From NCBI RefSeq assembly GCF_009914755.1, contig NC_060926.1: 64,000 nucleotides of DNA; one strand, 5' to 3'. The notes under the pieces were generated by a model. That model saw only the letters and a program-made list of their open reading frames with translations, did no database searches and had not been told where the DNA came from. Position numbers and translations under genes: made by a program. Source of the stretch: the human T2T-CHM13v2.0 reference genome, Homo sapiens. Positions 26,801 to 40,120 of this stretch are shown piece by piece (the first letter of the stretch is position 1; the number at the start of each line of letters is the position of its first letter).

Positions 26801-29800
26801 GCGACCACAAAACATAAACAAATTTGCTTTATTCAACAAGCATTTATTAATTATTACATTCTAAAAATTAAAGTAACTGTTTTGTGATATTATCATGACC
26901 CAAATATAGTCTCGGGTCTCAGGCCTGGATATAACTTTAATACAGAATGATAAATGTAGAACATTTGAGCAGGGTCTCAAAGAGGGACCAATAGCAAGTT
27001 ATACGAATAGTTCAAGAAGGTGAACCAAGAGCCCAGGAAATACAGAGTTGAGGAAATGTGGCAGACATCATTAGCTCACATAACTATTCAAATTCTCCTT
27101 TTGCTTCCTTCTAGAATTCAAGCTAAAATATTTGCAATATTTGATCTCCCAGGTGCAGCAAGTGGGAGCATGTTCCACAGACCACCAAAATGGTATAGGT
27201 AGAAGGAAGACTCAAAATTGGAAAGCACCTTCTACTGGGAGCCAGTACACTGCTGCACACCTCTAAGCAAATCAACAGGCCACAGGGCATCTGACCCACC
27301 CCAGGCCTCTGGTATCAGACCTTCTTTCCAAGCTCTGCTGCCTCCAGCCTCCCTTATCATCTTCAACATGAGCTATTCATCAGCCTTCTAACTCATCTCC
27401 CTACCTATAGCTACATTTAACATCTTCCATTCTTCCTCTGAAATTTATAGATATCTTGATGTCACTTTTCCACTCAAAAACCTATACTTTTTCTAAGAAA
27501 TAAAGAAAATTATTTAACAAGAAATAAGACCCCTTACAATTTGGTTCCAAGCTCCATTCTAGCCTCAATTTCTGTCACTCCCACAGACACACTATTACTC
27601 GAAATACTAAAACCATTCTATTTTATCAAACACTCCATACACATTCCTACCTGCAAATACTGCTCCTGCTGTTTCTCCTCTCTGAAACCTTTTGCCTTCA
27701 TGACCTGTCAAATTCCTACATATAGACATATAGTTCAAGACTCTATTCAAATTTCATCTCATCCGTGAAGACTTAGTCAATTACTCACCCATATTCAGCT
27801 AGTCGGAAGTAATTACGCTTTCCTCTGTAGTGCCCTAAATTTTGCTTTTACCCCATTTACAGCAGTCACCACAATCCCTCTTATACTATAGTTATACAGT
27901 ATATGTGTGTGTGTGTCTCCCAATCAGATCTCAATTCCTTGGCAGCAAAGTTTATGTACAATTCATGTTTGTAACTACTCATAACCCAGCAAAGTGCTTT
28001 GTACACAATATTCAGTTAATGTATTCTGAATTCTCATCAATAGGCTATAATTAGATCACTATCTTATGAGGAATAAAACAAAAGAGGTATTCCTGAATTT
28101 GAAAATTACAGTGTCATCACAAAATGAATTGTTCAGGTATTACTATGGTATTCAGATCTTCAAATAAATCCTAAATCATGGTCAATATCATTGAATAGAA
28201 AGATAAAGACAGTAAAAAATAAAGTGTGAGTGTTTATTGGACAGCATGAAATACAGAGGAATGGAGAAATGCAAAGCATAAAGCTACCCATGTTAGAAGC
28301 ATTATCAAGGGATACTTACAATTTATTTAACAAACATTTATCAAGTGCATACTGTGAGCCAGATACTATACTGATCACTGAGAATAAAGGTAAAAATAAT
28401 GAGGGAGGGCTAATATTTTACATGCACTTTTTTAAGTGCAAAGTGTTGACCTTCATTACTTCCAAAAGTATGACCAAAAGGTCTGCTTAAGGGCCAAATA
28501 AAACTACCAATACCCAATTCTGAGTTCAAATTTAGGAAATTATTTTGCCTACATTGTGATTATGTAAGAACCCTTCTCCTAGTACTGCTTTTGAATATTA
28601 AAAGGGCTTCCTTTATTCTTAGTGACTATAAACTGCTCAGATAGAAAATTTGAGTTCCAGACACTTGAATACATTCCCTGCTTTGAATTAAGTTCTATCC
28701 ATGCACAGACTGTTTTAGTAATTAAGGTACAAACAACCCTGCCATCATCAATGAAAAGAGAGGAATTTATTAAAATAGGGTTATATAGGGGATGTTGTAT
28801 GGGAGATAGTAGACAGTTGTTCATTTTGTCCTCTGAGGTTAAAATAACAGAAACTGAATGGAAATACAATAAAGAGAATTTAACTTAGACACTGGAGGAG
28901 TTGTAAGATACTGATTCCTACCAAGTCTGAGCCATTCCTTCTGCAGATTTTAAATGAAGAGGTAGTCTCCATCCTTCTAAGACAGTCAAGGGCAAAACAA
29001 GCAGATGTAAAGATGACCTCTTAAGATTTCTTTTGGACATGAAATTCTATAGTACATAATCGTTTGCTTGTGTATTAAAAAGTATAAAGCTGCCCGTCTA
29101 AGAATTTAAAAACATATATACTCAAATGTCAACTAATGCAAAATCTGCTTTAATATGTCTTTAGCCATATGACGCTTCCAAGGACCTGTAAATCAGCATC
29201 AGCAATATAAATTATCAAATGACCTGTTTGCCTTTTGAATAAATAAATTCCGATTGCCTATTTCTTTAAAAACTGAGATCTTAACATATAAGTACTACAA
29301 AATATCTTTGTTTAAACAATAGTCTATGCATAGAGTTAAAAGCAATCACATTTCTTATTTACTCATGGAATACCCAGCCCCCAACAAACATTGGTACTAA
29401 ACCATTTTGAGGACTTACCTTTTTTTCAAAACAACTTGGACATTATTACACTGATGTCCCCTTAGCAATAACAAACAATTCCACAAAATTTAGTCCACAA
29501 ACCCTCACAAATTAAAAATATTTTAAATGTATAAATGATTTATACCCATAATATTAACAAATATATTTCTTAATATCCATTCATTCATTCAAGAAGGGAT
29601 TATTGAGGTTCAACATGTAGGCACTGTGCTAAGCGTAAAGACACCAAGATGACCCAATTACAGTTCCTGTCCTCAGACATGGAAACATAACAATACCAAC
29701 ACATATGCACTAACTGTTCAAAAGACAACCAATAGCAAGTTACTATATAAACCAAGTATCCAGAGAGTTTCAAAAGTCCAAACAACTAACTGTACATAGG

Positions 29801-29814
29801 AATTAAGGAAGTAC

Positions 29815-30295
29815 AGCAGATAACTTTAGAATGGCTCATTCAACACTCATTCTAATTCCCATTCTCCTTGCCTTCCTCCAAAAGAGGCTACAAAGCTAAA
29901 ACACTCATTATCTCACTCTAGGGGCTAGAAAGCGAAAACATTTGTTACCTCATTCTAGAGGTGGTTATATGGGACATACTTTTGACCAATGAGAATTAGA
30001 CAGAAGTCCCTGTGAGTAAACATCCCTTTCTAAAGAAAAAGAGAAAGTATCCATGGGAAGGAAGTTTCTGAGCTCTCCCTTTGTTCTTCCTGCTTGAAAG
30101 TGAAATAAGAGGCAAAAGTAACATGCTAAGGATGGTGGGGAAGCAAGACATTACCTGGATCCCTGATAGTATCAGTTACCTGTGAACTAACTGCCTTCTG
30201 ATTCTTATGAGACAAATAAAACACTAACTCATTTAAATTAATGTCAGTAAGATTTTCTACTACTTGGAGCCAGAGGCATTTTTACCGTTAAAACA
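29815..30295 (+). mobile_element. Ancient ERVL-type solo LTR (LTR16/LTR33-like)
   Basis: ctagaggtggttatatgggacatacttttgaccaatgaga...atgctaaggatggtgg...acctggatccctgat...ttttctactacttggagccagaggcatt; approximate. Confidence 0.5.
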
Positions 30296-30720
30296 GAGAT
30301 ACTTGAGTTAGACTCTTTATGGTTCCTCCTTTCTTAAGCTATAATCCAGTCCTTACTAGCTAGAAAAAAAAGAATTTTGAATGTACACTTTTACAATTTT
30401 CTGTAATCTGAATTACTTCTATAAACATGGTCAAATTCCTCCATATAAATCCATTTGTTGCATAGTTATTACAAGATTTTTATTTTAAGTGGAACCTTCA
30501 ATCCCTCAAATCTATTAAAATAACATTTTTCTATAGTATGGTATATAACATTCATATATATAATACACACATATAAGTAAATAGCTGAAGGTTAGGAAGA
30601 AAGGAGAAAAGAAGGAGAATGGGGGGAGAGAAAACGGGAGGGATCTAATTTGTGTGAAAGTGTAAACTATGCTTTTCAATTTTGTGGGCACCTTAGAAAG
30701 TGGCTTAAGAATAAATGAAA

Positions 30721-31008
30721 GGCCAGGCGCAGTGGCTCATGCCTGCAATCCCAGCACTTTGGGAGGCTGAGGCAGGCGGATCACCTGAGGTCAGGAGTTC
30801 GAGATGAGCCTGATCAACATGGAGAAACCCTGTCTCTACTAAAAATACAAAATTAGCCGGGCGTGATGGCATGTGCCTGTAATCCCAGCTACTCATGAGG
30901 CTGAGTCAAGAGAATTGCTTGAACCCGGGAGGCGGAGGTTGTGGTGAGCCAAGATCGCGCCACTGCACTCCAGCTTTGGTGACAAAGCAAGACTCCATCC
31001 AAAAAAAA
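30721..31008 (+). mobile_element. Alu SINE (AluSp/Sq-like)
   Basis: cctgatcaacatggagaaaccc; TSD aagaataaatga. Confidence 0.95.
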
Positions 31009-31892
31009 AAGAATAAATGAGAGATTACAAAACAACAGTATTTTTTAAATAGGGAAGACTCCACACATACACTTGAAATCAATGGTTCTGTTTTAGAAAA
31101 CTTTTTGAATTTGAAAAGTGTATATCCCAACAAATACTTTGTGTCTAATTTACCACTAGCATTATTGTATTATTTAATATTCCATCTATCTCTAGTCATC
31201 TCCCTAAGGTAATAATAACACAATAATCATTCTCTATGTATGTTTCTCTCAGACAAATTTTAAATGTGTACTATTCTTGGGATAATTCCTATTGTATAGT
31301 GCTGAAAAGATTCATTAATTTCAATCACCATCAACTCCGTACACTACATATACTTGTTCTGCCTTTTTTGTTGAAATATATTTCACTGTGGCAATTCAAA
31401 GGAAAATTACACATTCCAAAAACATTTGAGTTCCTCTCAGTTACCCTTTCAGTGGTTCAGGGTAATGATAGAGTAAAGAACCATGTTCTTCACAGGCTTT
31501 CCTTTTTATCCCCCAGTTTGGTAGGATTTCAACTTCAAATCTCTTATGCCAAAAAGCAGTGGGTAATGTCTAATGCTCTTCTCAAACAGTGGCTTACTTT
31601 GGAGGGAAGGAGAGTGAGAGTCAGGAGCAATCACTCATTCCTGCTTCTAAAGGATCTTAGCATATAGGATAAGCAATCTCTTACTCTATTTTCCTAAAAT
31701 AGAATTATAGAAACATATTAAGTTAGGCGTGGGGGGAAGAAAGGAAAACAAATAAGAATTAGAAACCTTTCAACTCTGGGTATAGGTAATTCCTCACAGA
31801 ATGAAATTACTGAGTTATCTAGCCTAAATTGTCACGAAGGTAAGTCAAAAAATCCACATATTCATAAAACCTGTAGTTTATATATTCCTTAC

Positions 31893-31917
31893 CATCAGTC
31901 ACAGGTAGAGGCTTCCT
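31893..31917 (-). other. Candidate 25-nt 5'UTR microexon ending in ATG
   Basis: cattgttctgttttacAG|AGGAAGCCTCTACCTGTGACTGATG|GTAAGG; both splice sites near consensus; prediction only. Confidence 0.35.
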
Positions 31918-33885
31918 CTGTAAAACAGAACAATGCTACATTCTTTTTCCTGAAACCCTAAGAATGGGATAAATAAGCATAATAACTATAGTCACATAAC
32001 ATAAATGCTTTCATTTTAAAAGCAGTATTCAAAGACAATCTATGAAAATCCATGTGATATAAAAAAAATTCAGAGAATGACAAATCTCCCTTGTTTATAA
32101 TATCATCTCAACTTCAATTTCATTTTCAGTTATCTCCTTTCAAAAATATATATCTGGGGTCCCTATATGATATGAAGTCCGTTTTCTCAGGCTCACTTTT
32201 ATTTGGTTATCTTTTTAGGCGCACTAAAGATTGAGTTTACAATAAACTGAACAGACAGCGTACAAAAGGCTTTTAGAACTATACCATATGGTCCAGGGAA
32301 GGGAACAATCTGGACGATCCCCACTTCAATCTGCAGGCTTGTCCACCTCTATAACACATTATACCACTGTAATAAAATATTAAGATGAAAATGTAAAAGC
32401 TAAAATAGTCTATCTTTAGCATTACCAGGCAACCACACTTCCAAAAATTTACTGATAAACTTAATAAACATTTACTTTAATTTACATTCTGAGATTTTGG
32501 TATGCAACACCAGGCATACAAACCTAGGCCACCATTCAATAGAAACAATATTTCAGCAGGGCTATGTGTGGGTATTCAACTTATGCTTCAGAAATTTAGA
32601 AGGAAAAAAAAACACTTTTACAGGGGCATATTGGCAGAGGCTGATGTAACAGATGACACATTCTTGGAAATCAAATAAAAGCAATAGGGAAATACCCATT
32701 GTTGCCTGGTGAAGGCCTAATCACATGGACACAGCTGGAACCAATGTAGATCATTCATTAATAAAATTGTATTGTAGTAGCCACTTTTTGATGCATTTCA
32801 ATTGCTGCTTTAGCCAAATCCCTGAATTTCTTTGTTCAATGTTAGTAAGATTGTTTTAATGGGAAATATGAGAAGATTTAGGACAGGGAAAAAAAACCTG
32901 TTCTCATGCTAAAAATGAAGCTAACTCAAAAAGCTAAATGTCACTTTACCTTGCAATCTACTTACACTATCAGCAGCTTAAAATATGCAGTGTAAACCTA
33001 AAAAAGAGGAACTCATATGGTACTATAGATAAAAAGTGAGCAGTGTGAGATGCCATAGAAAACATATGAAATACTTGTAAAAGTATTCTACAGAATAATA
33101 TGTCAGAGGGTGGGAGAAATTAAAACGTATCAAAAATTAAGAGGAAAAATCAAACAACTGAATTAACATGTACTCTTTCATGCAATACTATCTATTGAAT
33201 TTTGACACTAAAGTATGTACCATATGGTTAAGGGAAGATTACTCATTTTGACCACATAAACTTAAAAATCACTATTTGTTATTACATTACCAATATTTGA
33301 TATCAAACAAGACATTCAAATCATCTCCCCAAGAGTCATGTTTGAAACCTATATTGACATTCAAATGAAATGAAGTACTAGTTATAATTATAAACTTGAT
33401 ACTTAATATAGTAAAATCCTAGTTAAAATAATCAACAGTGTTTATTCAATTTTGCTGTTATCTCTTAATAAATTTTTCTCCATGTTTTTACAAATATAAT
33501 GATTAAGTTACTATATTATATTCCTAAAAAATATATAATGTCAAACTAAAAAGATAATAGCTTTGCTATGTGTTCTGAATTAAAACTATACAATTTATTG
33601 TCTATAAATTCTATTCTACAAAAATGAAAAACTCAACCGTATTTACCAAAAAACTGCTTAAACATTATGGCTCTTAAATATTTCTCCTATGCCTCTGTGT
33701 GTAGTTAGAATAAATAAATAGGACAATTCACATTGTCCTAAATCACTAAAAGATATATTCTTACCACAGAAAAAATAAAGGGTTTCACTGCAAATAAAAA
33801 TTAAACCACTGCAGAAAGTGTATTTAAAGTCACTGAATAGTGGTTAATATGCAATAAACATTATTCACTATACACAGAATGAAAG

Positions 33886-33887
<2 letters not shown>

Positions 33888-33931
<44 letters not shown>
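33888..33931. repeat. (GT)22 microsatellite
   Basis: direct reading. Confidence 0.97.
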
Positions 33932-33934
<3 letters not shown>

Positions 33935-36900
33935 CTTTACTCGCTAATGTTAACATTATCAGACCTTGGCACAGGGGATTCAAGACAGTCATGAACTTAA
34001 CTGGATCAAGTGAAAAAAGTTTCGCTGGCATGCCTTCGCAAAACTGTCAGAATTCAGAAGTTTAAAATGTTGACCTAAAGATTTAATTCATATAACTTAA
34101 CAGGCATCCCACCCAGATTCATTTTAGTAGCTCTGCATAAAAAAAGCCACTTTGCAAGTTTAAAAAGATAGCATTGGGAGCAATGGGGAACTGTAGCATT
34201 TATTACATGTGTATTATGCATACAAAGCAATTTGAATATTTGTTTGTTTTGCTAAAGTAGTGAACCAATATGTTGCTGAGCCTGTTCTGAATGAGAGAAA
34301 ATAACAGGTGAGTTTATTTAATGCATACTGCTGATACACCTCTGTTTTACAAATCCTTTTAATAATTTTAAAGTGTTTTCTAAATTAAAAATAAATCCCC
34401 GCAAAAGAAACAACTGTTAGATTGCACAATTTTATCTTAAAGTACCCATAATAGATGTATTTCCCAGTATATATGGCATATAAAAATGTTTCACATTAAT
34501 AATTCAAACATGAGCCACTGTTTACTTCCTTTTCAGTCACATTTGTTACACTGTTACAAAAATACATGAGTTTTTCTTCTCAAAGTAATTTTCTTATTGC
34601 CAAAAATCATTGACAATTTTTAAAATAAAGATCAGTCAAAATAATATCAATCTCCTTCTATAAAAACATATTCTGACTATTAACTGTTCTTATCTTGATT
34701 GCAAAACTAATTTTTAAAATAGATCACTCTAAAAAATCTAATTTTAAAAATAGATCACCTGAAAGTAAATCATTTGTTTTGCTTAATACAACAGAAAACA
34801 TATTTACATTGTGAGGAACATTCTACGAAATTTCATCGAATGCTTGCTCATAGTGAAAATCTAGTCTCCTGCTCAAATCATCTCTTTAAAATTCATTATG
34901 CCACATTTTCACACTCCTAATGGTAGGGCACTAACTATAATTTTGCAAGAATTGGTAAACTTAAAAACACTTCTGTGTTTTACCTTGCATTTTTTATTTC
35001 AAAGGAAAAATATTTTAAATGCACATCCTTTATTTTAATGGAAGTTCACTTGCTTATCTACCAAGACTTATCAGACACTCTAAAAGTGAGTATTCAATTT
35101 GTAAAAGACATGAACTGACCCTGAATTTTAGACAAAAATAGAAAACAATGGCAGACATTTTGGTCTCAACAAGAGATACCTTGGCATAAAAATCCATATA
35201 ATAAAGGCAAATATCACTCAAAAGTTTCCATTCAAATAATAAATTCTGAAGCAGACAAGATTCCAACCAATAAAAAATACTGTGTCAACATGACCAAAGT
35301 TAGCAATAGTAGCAAAAATGCAACTGTAAAGAAAATATCTAAGAGAGTGGAAAAGGCAAATTTAGCACCAACTTCTATAAGGAACAAAGCCACTTACTAA
35401 ATGTGGAAGTTGTAAGGGGAATGATATTTCTATTTCAGAAAAAAATATTTCTTTTCACAATGGTGGTCTGTGTGAAGAAAGAGGAAGAGAAGAGGGGGAA
35501 ATAATGGTGTAAGTGGGAAAGACTAAGGCTGCCTGCCTTCCTTCGGTGATGCTGTGAGGGTAGACCCTCTGCCTTACAAAAACCACTGCCAGAACCAAGC
35601 TACACAAAACATTTTGGCTGCAAGCCTATAACAGTGCCAGGCTGTTTTTCATTTTTGTGCTAGACTCGCTCAATTGAGACAGTGTAGGATTGTCACTTTG
35701 ATGCACATAGAGAACAAAGAATGATATAGTTTGGGGGGGATTTTCTTGCCCCTTTAAAGTCAGGTTAGCATTTTGTTTTCTTTGACAGGTCTTGAAAAGA
35801 CCCAAGAAACAAAGTTATGCCGAAGAATGCATTAACTGCCTAACAAAATTAATGTCAAGTACAATACTGTCAACAGTTTAAAAACCATGTGAGAGATTAA
35901 CATTTTTTAAAAAACAGACTTAAAAAGGGTCCAAGTCATATAGTTACCTGTTTAAGAGGCCAGAGACCAAGAAATACATGATTCACAATCACATAATCTT
36001 ATTTAAAAATCTGATGCCACAAAGGCAGACCATAAAATCCAGGCCAAAAAAAAAGAAGTATTATAATTTTTAGGTCACTATTCAGAGACAACTGTGTCAG
36101 CTGCTATTCTGACCTTGATTTCTCCAAAATTAAATAATCTGATGAAAAGATTATAACATTAGAATCTGAATACTTTAAGCCTTCACAGAGAAAGAGGTGA
36201 TAAGTGATCAAAAATGTTTAAAGAATTAAACCACAAATCATCGAAAAAGTTGCCACAGACACAAACAGGAAAACCGTCTCTTCAATCCTATTCAATTCTG
36301 TACTAGAAGTGAAGCTAACACAAATGAGAAAGCCAAGTGTGTGCTGCTGCAACCTTCAACTAAATATACTATCTGAATCTGGTGACTAAAAGACACCAAT
36401 AAGCCATTAGCTCCTAGATGTATGACCTTTTTTCTTTCTAATGCACAAGATAAGTAAAGGGAGAGGTCTATTTTCTACAAACCAAATGAAAAGAAAGAAT
36501 GAACTGTGTCAGCTCAGATCCCATGCTGGCATATTTTACACTAAGCTCAGCATCATCTAGAAGCAGTATGCTTCTCCCTGCCAATCAGAAGGGAAAAAAG
36601 TTGTGCAACTAATACAGTGTTGATAAATAGAACCAAACGTCTACTAGTCCTTTCCTCCTGCACAATGCCATTGAATCAGCTGTTAAAAGAAGACCAATAG
36701 CTGTTATAGAAATAGCAAGAACTGAAGCACTTGCCTCAGATGTTATACATGGAGACATGGAGCATTTACCACCTGAGCCTATCTAATTTCCGGCAAAAGG
36801 ATCCCCTGCCCAGTTTTGTTCACGGCCACAGAATCTGATAACAAGTCACGATCTGTGTTGAGAAAGGCAGTGGGGGAGTGAGAACATGGGGAAGGAATCA

Positions 36901-37713
36901 AGTGAGAACAGTGGGCAAACTTCAAACAATATACACGCTTCTCTTATTATTCAAATTAGTGCCCATGCACAGCACTTTAGGATGACAAAAGCTGTGTTAA
37001 AGGGCTCAGGTACAATGATTTACTTTGGCTGGTAAGGGTAAGTCTGCCATGTAATTAAAGAATGCATTATTTTGCTCCTCGCTGCTCGCCTTTTATATTT
37101 CTTTTTTCTCTAGGACATACTGCTGATGGTATTACTGCATGGGACACTGATAGTTGCAGGCAAGGCATTCATGTAGTGCCAAAGTAGTCCAGAGAATGAT
37201 GTCTGGCTGGCCTTAGTTCAACAAGGAATATGAGGCAAAAACAGAAAACAAAAAGAATGAAAGGTGTAGAAGAAGCCAGGCAATAGACTGATTTTCTGTT
37301 TATTAATGGTACCATAAAACGAGGGGAAAATCTGGAAAAGGCAGCCAAGCTAACTCAATTACAAAGAAAGATTAAAGGAGTTAAATGTCTATAACTTGGC
37401 TGACAACCAAGGAACAATATGAGAGCTGTCCACAACTCTCCAAAGAATATACATTAAAAGAAAAGTAGAGAATTATTATCTACTATAGATGTATGAATAC
37501 ATGAAATAATAATGAGATAAAAATGAAGAAATCTGACTTTAAGCAGCAGGGAAATAATCTGGTGAAACTTAAAAAAGGCTGCTTCCTTCTCTTTAGAAAT
37601 ATCAATCATCTTACTGACCCACACTGCAGTAAACAAGACATGATAGAAAATGCCCGCATATTGCCACAGGACGGAATTGATGGAGATATAAAAATGAAGT
37701 CCCATCTGCTTAC

Positions 37714-37775
37714 CTGATGATCCAGATATACTGATGTCCCTTTACATATGTCCAATCTGGCTAATGCAGAGATAC
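37714..37775 (-). other. Candidate 62-nt 5'UTR exon
   Basis: atgtcttttgtgatcttacAG|GTATCTC...GATCATCAG|GTAAGC; near-consensus donor; contains ATG-TAA. Confidence 0.5.
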
Positions 37776-38003
37776 CTGTAAGATCACAAAAGACATAGTT
37801 AGTAACTTCAAAATAAACCCAGCCTGAATTCTCAATCTTGAGCTGGTCAAGAGCTGATTCGGATGATCTAGTCTGGCTCTTGGATATTCCAAGATGGGAG
37901 AAGAACGTGCAAGAACAGAAATTTTCTGAGTGCTTCTAAGGTTATTCTTAATTAATAAGAGATTTTCAGTCTCTCCAGAGATTTTCCAAATCATCTGTAA
38001 CTC

Positions 38004-38034
38004 AGTAATAATAATAATAATTATTATTATTACT
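38004..38034. repeat. 31-bp AT-rich palindrome
   Basis: agtaataataataat-a-attattattattact, perfect 15-bp arms. Confidence 0.9.
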
Positions 38035-38466
38035 ATTCAGATTAGAGGTGTTTAACCTTGGTCACTGGATGGCCTTCAGGAATCTATGCACTCCTGAATG
38101 ATATATGTAAAATTTGTGGGTTTATGTAAATAAGTATCTCTGGGAGAAGGTCAATAGTTTGTCAGATTTGCCAAAAGGTCTATAGTCCAAAAAACTGTCA
38201 AGAACCTCTGCTGAGGCTTGCCTAACATCTCAGAGGCAGGTTGGAATGCATATGGATGAGCATTCCAGGTTTGGGGGTTCCCTCCCAGAGAAACACAGAC
38301 ACTTGCAGATCTGGGGTAAATACCTTAAGAATACTACTTTCTGGGAGAGCAATACATCAGGTTTAAACTGTTGCTTAACTCACACAGTCCTGTGATCCCT
38401 GTAAGCCATGCACAGTCTTGAAGAGAACTAACATGTTACCATATATACCCAAGGGTGCCTATCATG

Positions 38467-38686
38467 ACTTTTCCTGTTCTGTGTATATTAAAGTCAGGAT
38501 TCCTAAGAATATCAATTCTGACAGGGTCAGAACTCACACAGTAACTCATCCAAAAAGGACCATTTATGACAAGGAAACTTTTCCTGTTCTGTGTATATTA
38601 AAGTCAGGATTCCTAAGAATATCAATTCTGACAGGGTCAGAACTCACACAGTAACTCATCCAAAAAGGACCATTTATGACAAGGAA
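38467..38686 (+). repeat. Perfect 2 x 110-bp tandem duplication
   Basis: 38467-38576 identical to 38577-38686 (acttttcctgttctgtg...catttatgacaaggaa). Confidence 0.97.
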
Positions 38687-39714
38687 AAAATAAGGTGTGA
38701 TCAAATCAATAGGAAATGTGGCTCCCAAACAGTCTACATAACAAAAAAATTACAGAATTAGCCAAACATATCTCTTAAAAGAATTACTTTAAATAGTAAT
38801 CCCAGAGTCAGAATAGGCTACATCAGAAAGAAACAAGGTTAGAGAACCTTCCAGGTACCAACTGTGAACAAGATGGGAAAGCATTCACAGCCACAGAGAA
38901 CATCCTGAACTGAGATGCCACCAAAAAAAAGGGGTGGGGTATAAGAAAAAGGCTGAAAAGACAGAAATCAAGTAGAAGAAGGGAAAAATTACCTTTTGTG
39001 GTGTCCTGTTTCAAATAATAATCATGTCGTATATATTCTCAAAAAATAACATATTTAGACAATCACCTTCTGGGCATTTACCACGCACTGCACTCAGTGC
39101 TGAGGACTCAGCAGTGAACAGGTCAACAAAGCCCTATTCTGCTGAAGCTTTACTTTGGGGAATGGGAGAAGGATGCAGGGTGACAAACAAGTATATCAGC
39201 AATATTTCAATTTGTGATACATGATATGAAAAAATAAACAATAAGATGTGACCAAGACATGAGACAGCAGCCTATACCCACCCAGCATGTCACAGAAATC
39301 TTCACTCCAATCTCAGAGTATGTCAGGGTCTTAAAGAGTTGAGACCAGGAAATGACGTTAGGGACAGCTAGCCAGACCTGTGAATTTCAGAGATGAAGAC
39401 AGAGTAGCTATTCTAGAAGACAGTATCACTACCTCATTATCTCTACACTTCAAAATACATATACCTAGATTGAATGATAATGTTACGATACAAGCTCTGC
39501 TTGTAGAATATAAACCTGACAACAAGTAAATGAACAGCGTTTCGTTATCTCTTTAAAACCTGGCTGACAATACTGCACACTGTGTACCCTTAATATAAAG
39601 AACCACGTTCTATCCAAATTCTTGTCAAGTTCCATTCTATTAAAAGAATTTCATTTTTTGCTTCCACAGATAAATCCGATCAACTTGTGCTGTCAAAGAA
39701 AGGGGAGAAGAGGG

Positions 39715-40120
39715 TACAGGTAGCCAGCCTCCAAGACAGCCCCCAATAATCCTCACCTCAAGGAATTCATGCCTTTGTGTAATCCCTTTGCTCATACCAG
39801 GGTTGGTCTGAGTGATCAACAGAATGCAGTGAAAGTGACAGTGTCTGTCCTAAAAGATATTACAGCTTCTTCCTTACTCTCTTGGATCTTCCTGGGGGAA
39901 GCCAGCTGCCAGCTGCCACGTTGTGAGGACACTCAAGCCATCCTAGGGAAAGGTACACAAGGCATCTTGCCAAATAGCCAGAATCAACATAACAGCCATG
40001 TGAGAGAGCCATTTTCTAAGCAGATCCTCCAGGCTAGTCTAACTTTCAAATGACTGTCACTCTGGCTGACATCTTGATTGCAGCTTATGAAAGACCAAGA
40101 GCCAGAATTACCCAGGCTGC
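39715..40120 (+). mobile_element. MaLR LTR (MLT1F-like)
   Basis: ggtagccagcctccaagacagcccccaataatcctcacctc...ctttgtgtaatccc; ctgggggaagccagctgcc; approximate end. Confidence 0.7.

Noticed and set aside
31236-31667. 143-aa ORF (and 138-aa ORF at 4088-4504)
   Set aside because: No recognisable domain or splice context; composition typical of random AT-rich DNA
38467-38686. Repeat array resembling CRISPR or a minisatellite
   Set aside because: Only two abutting copies, no spacers, eukaryotic context
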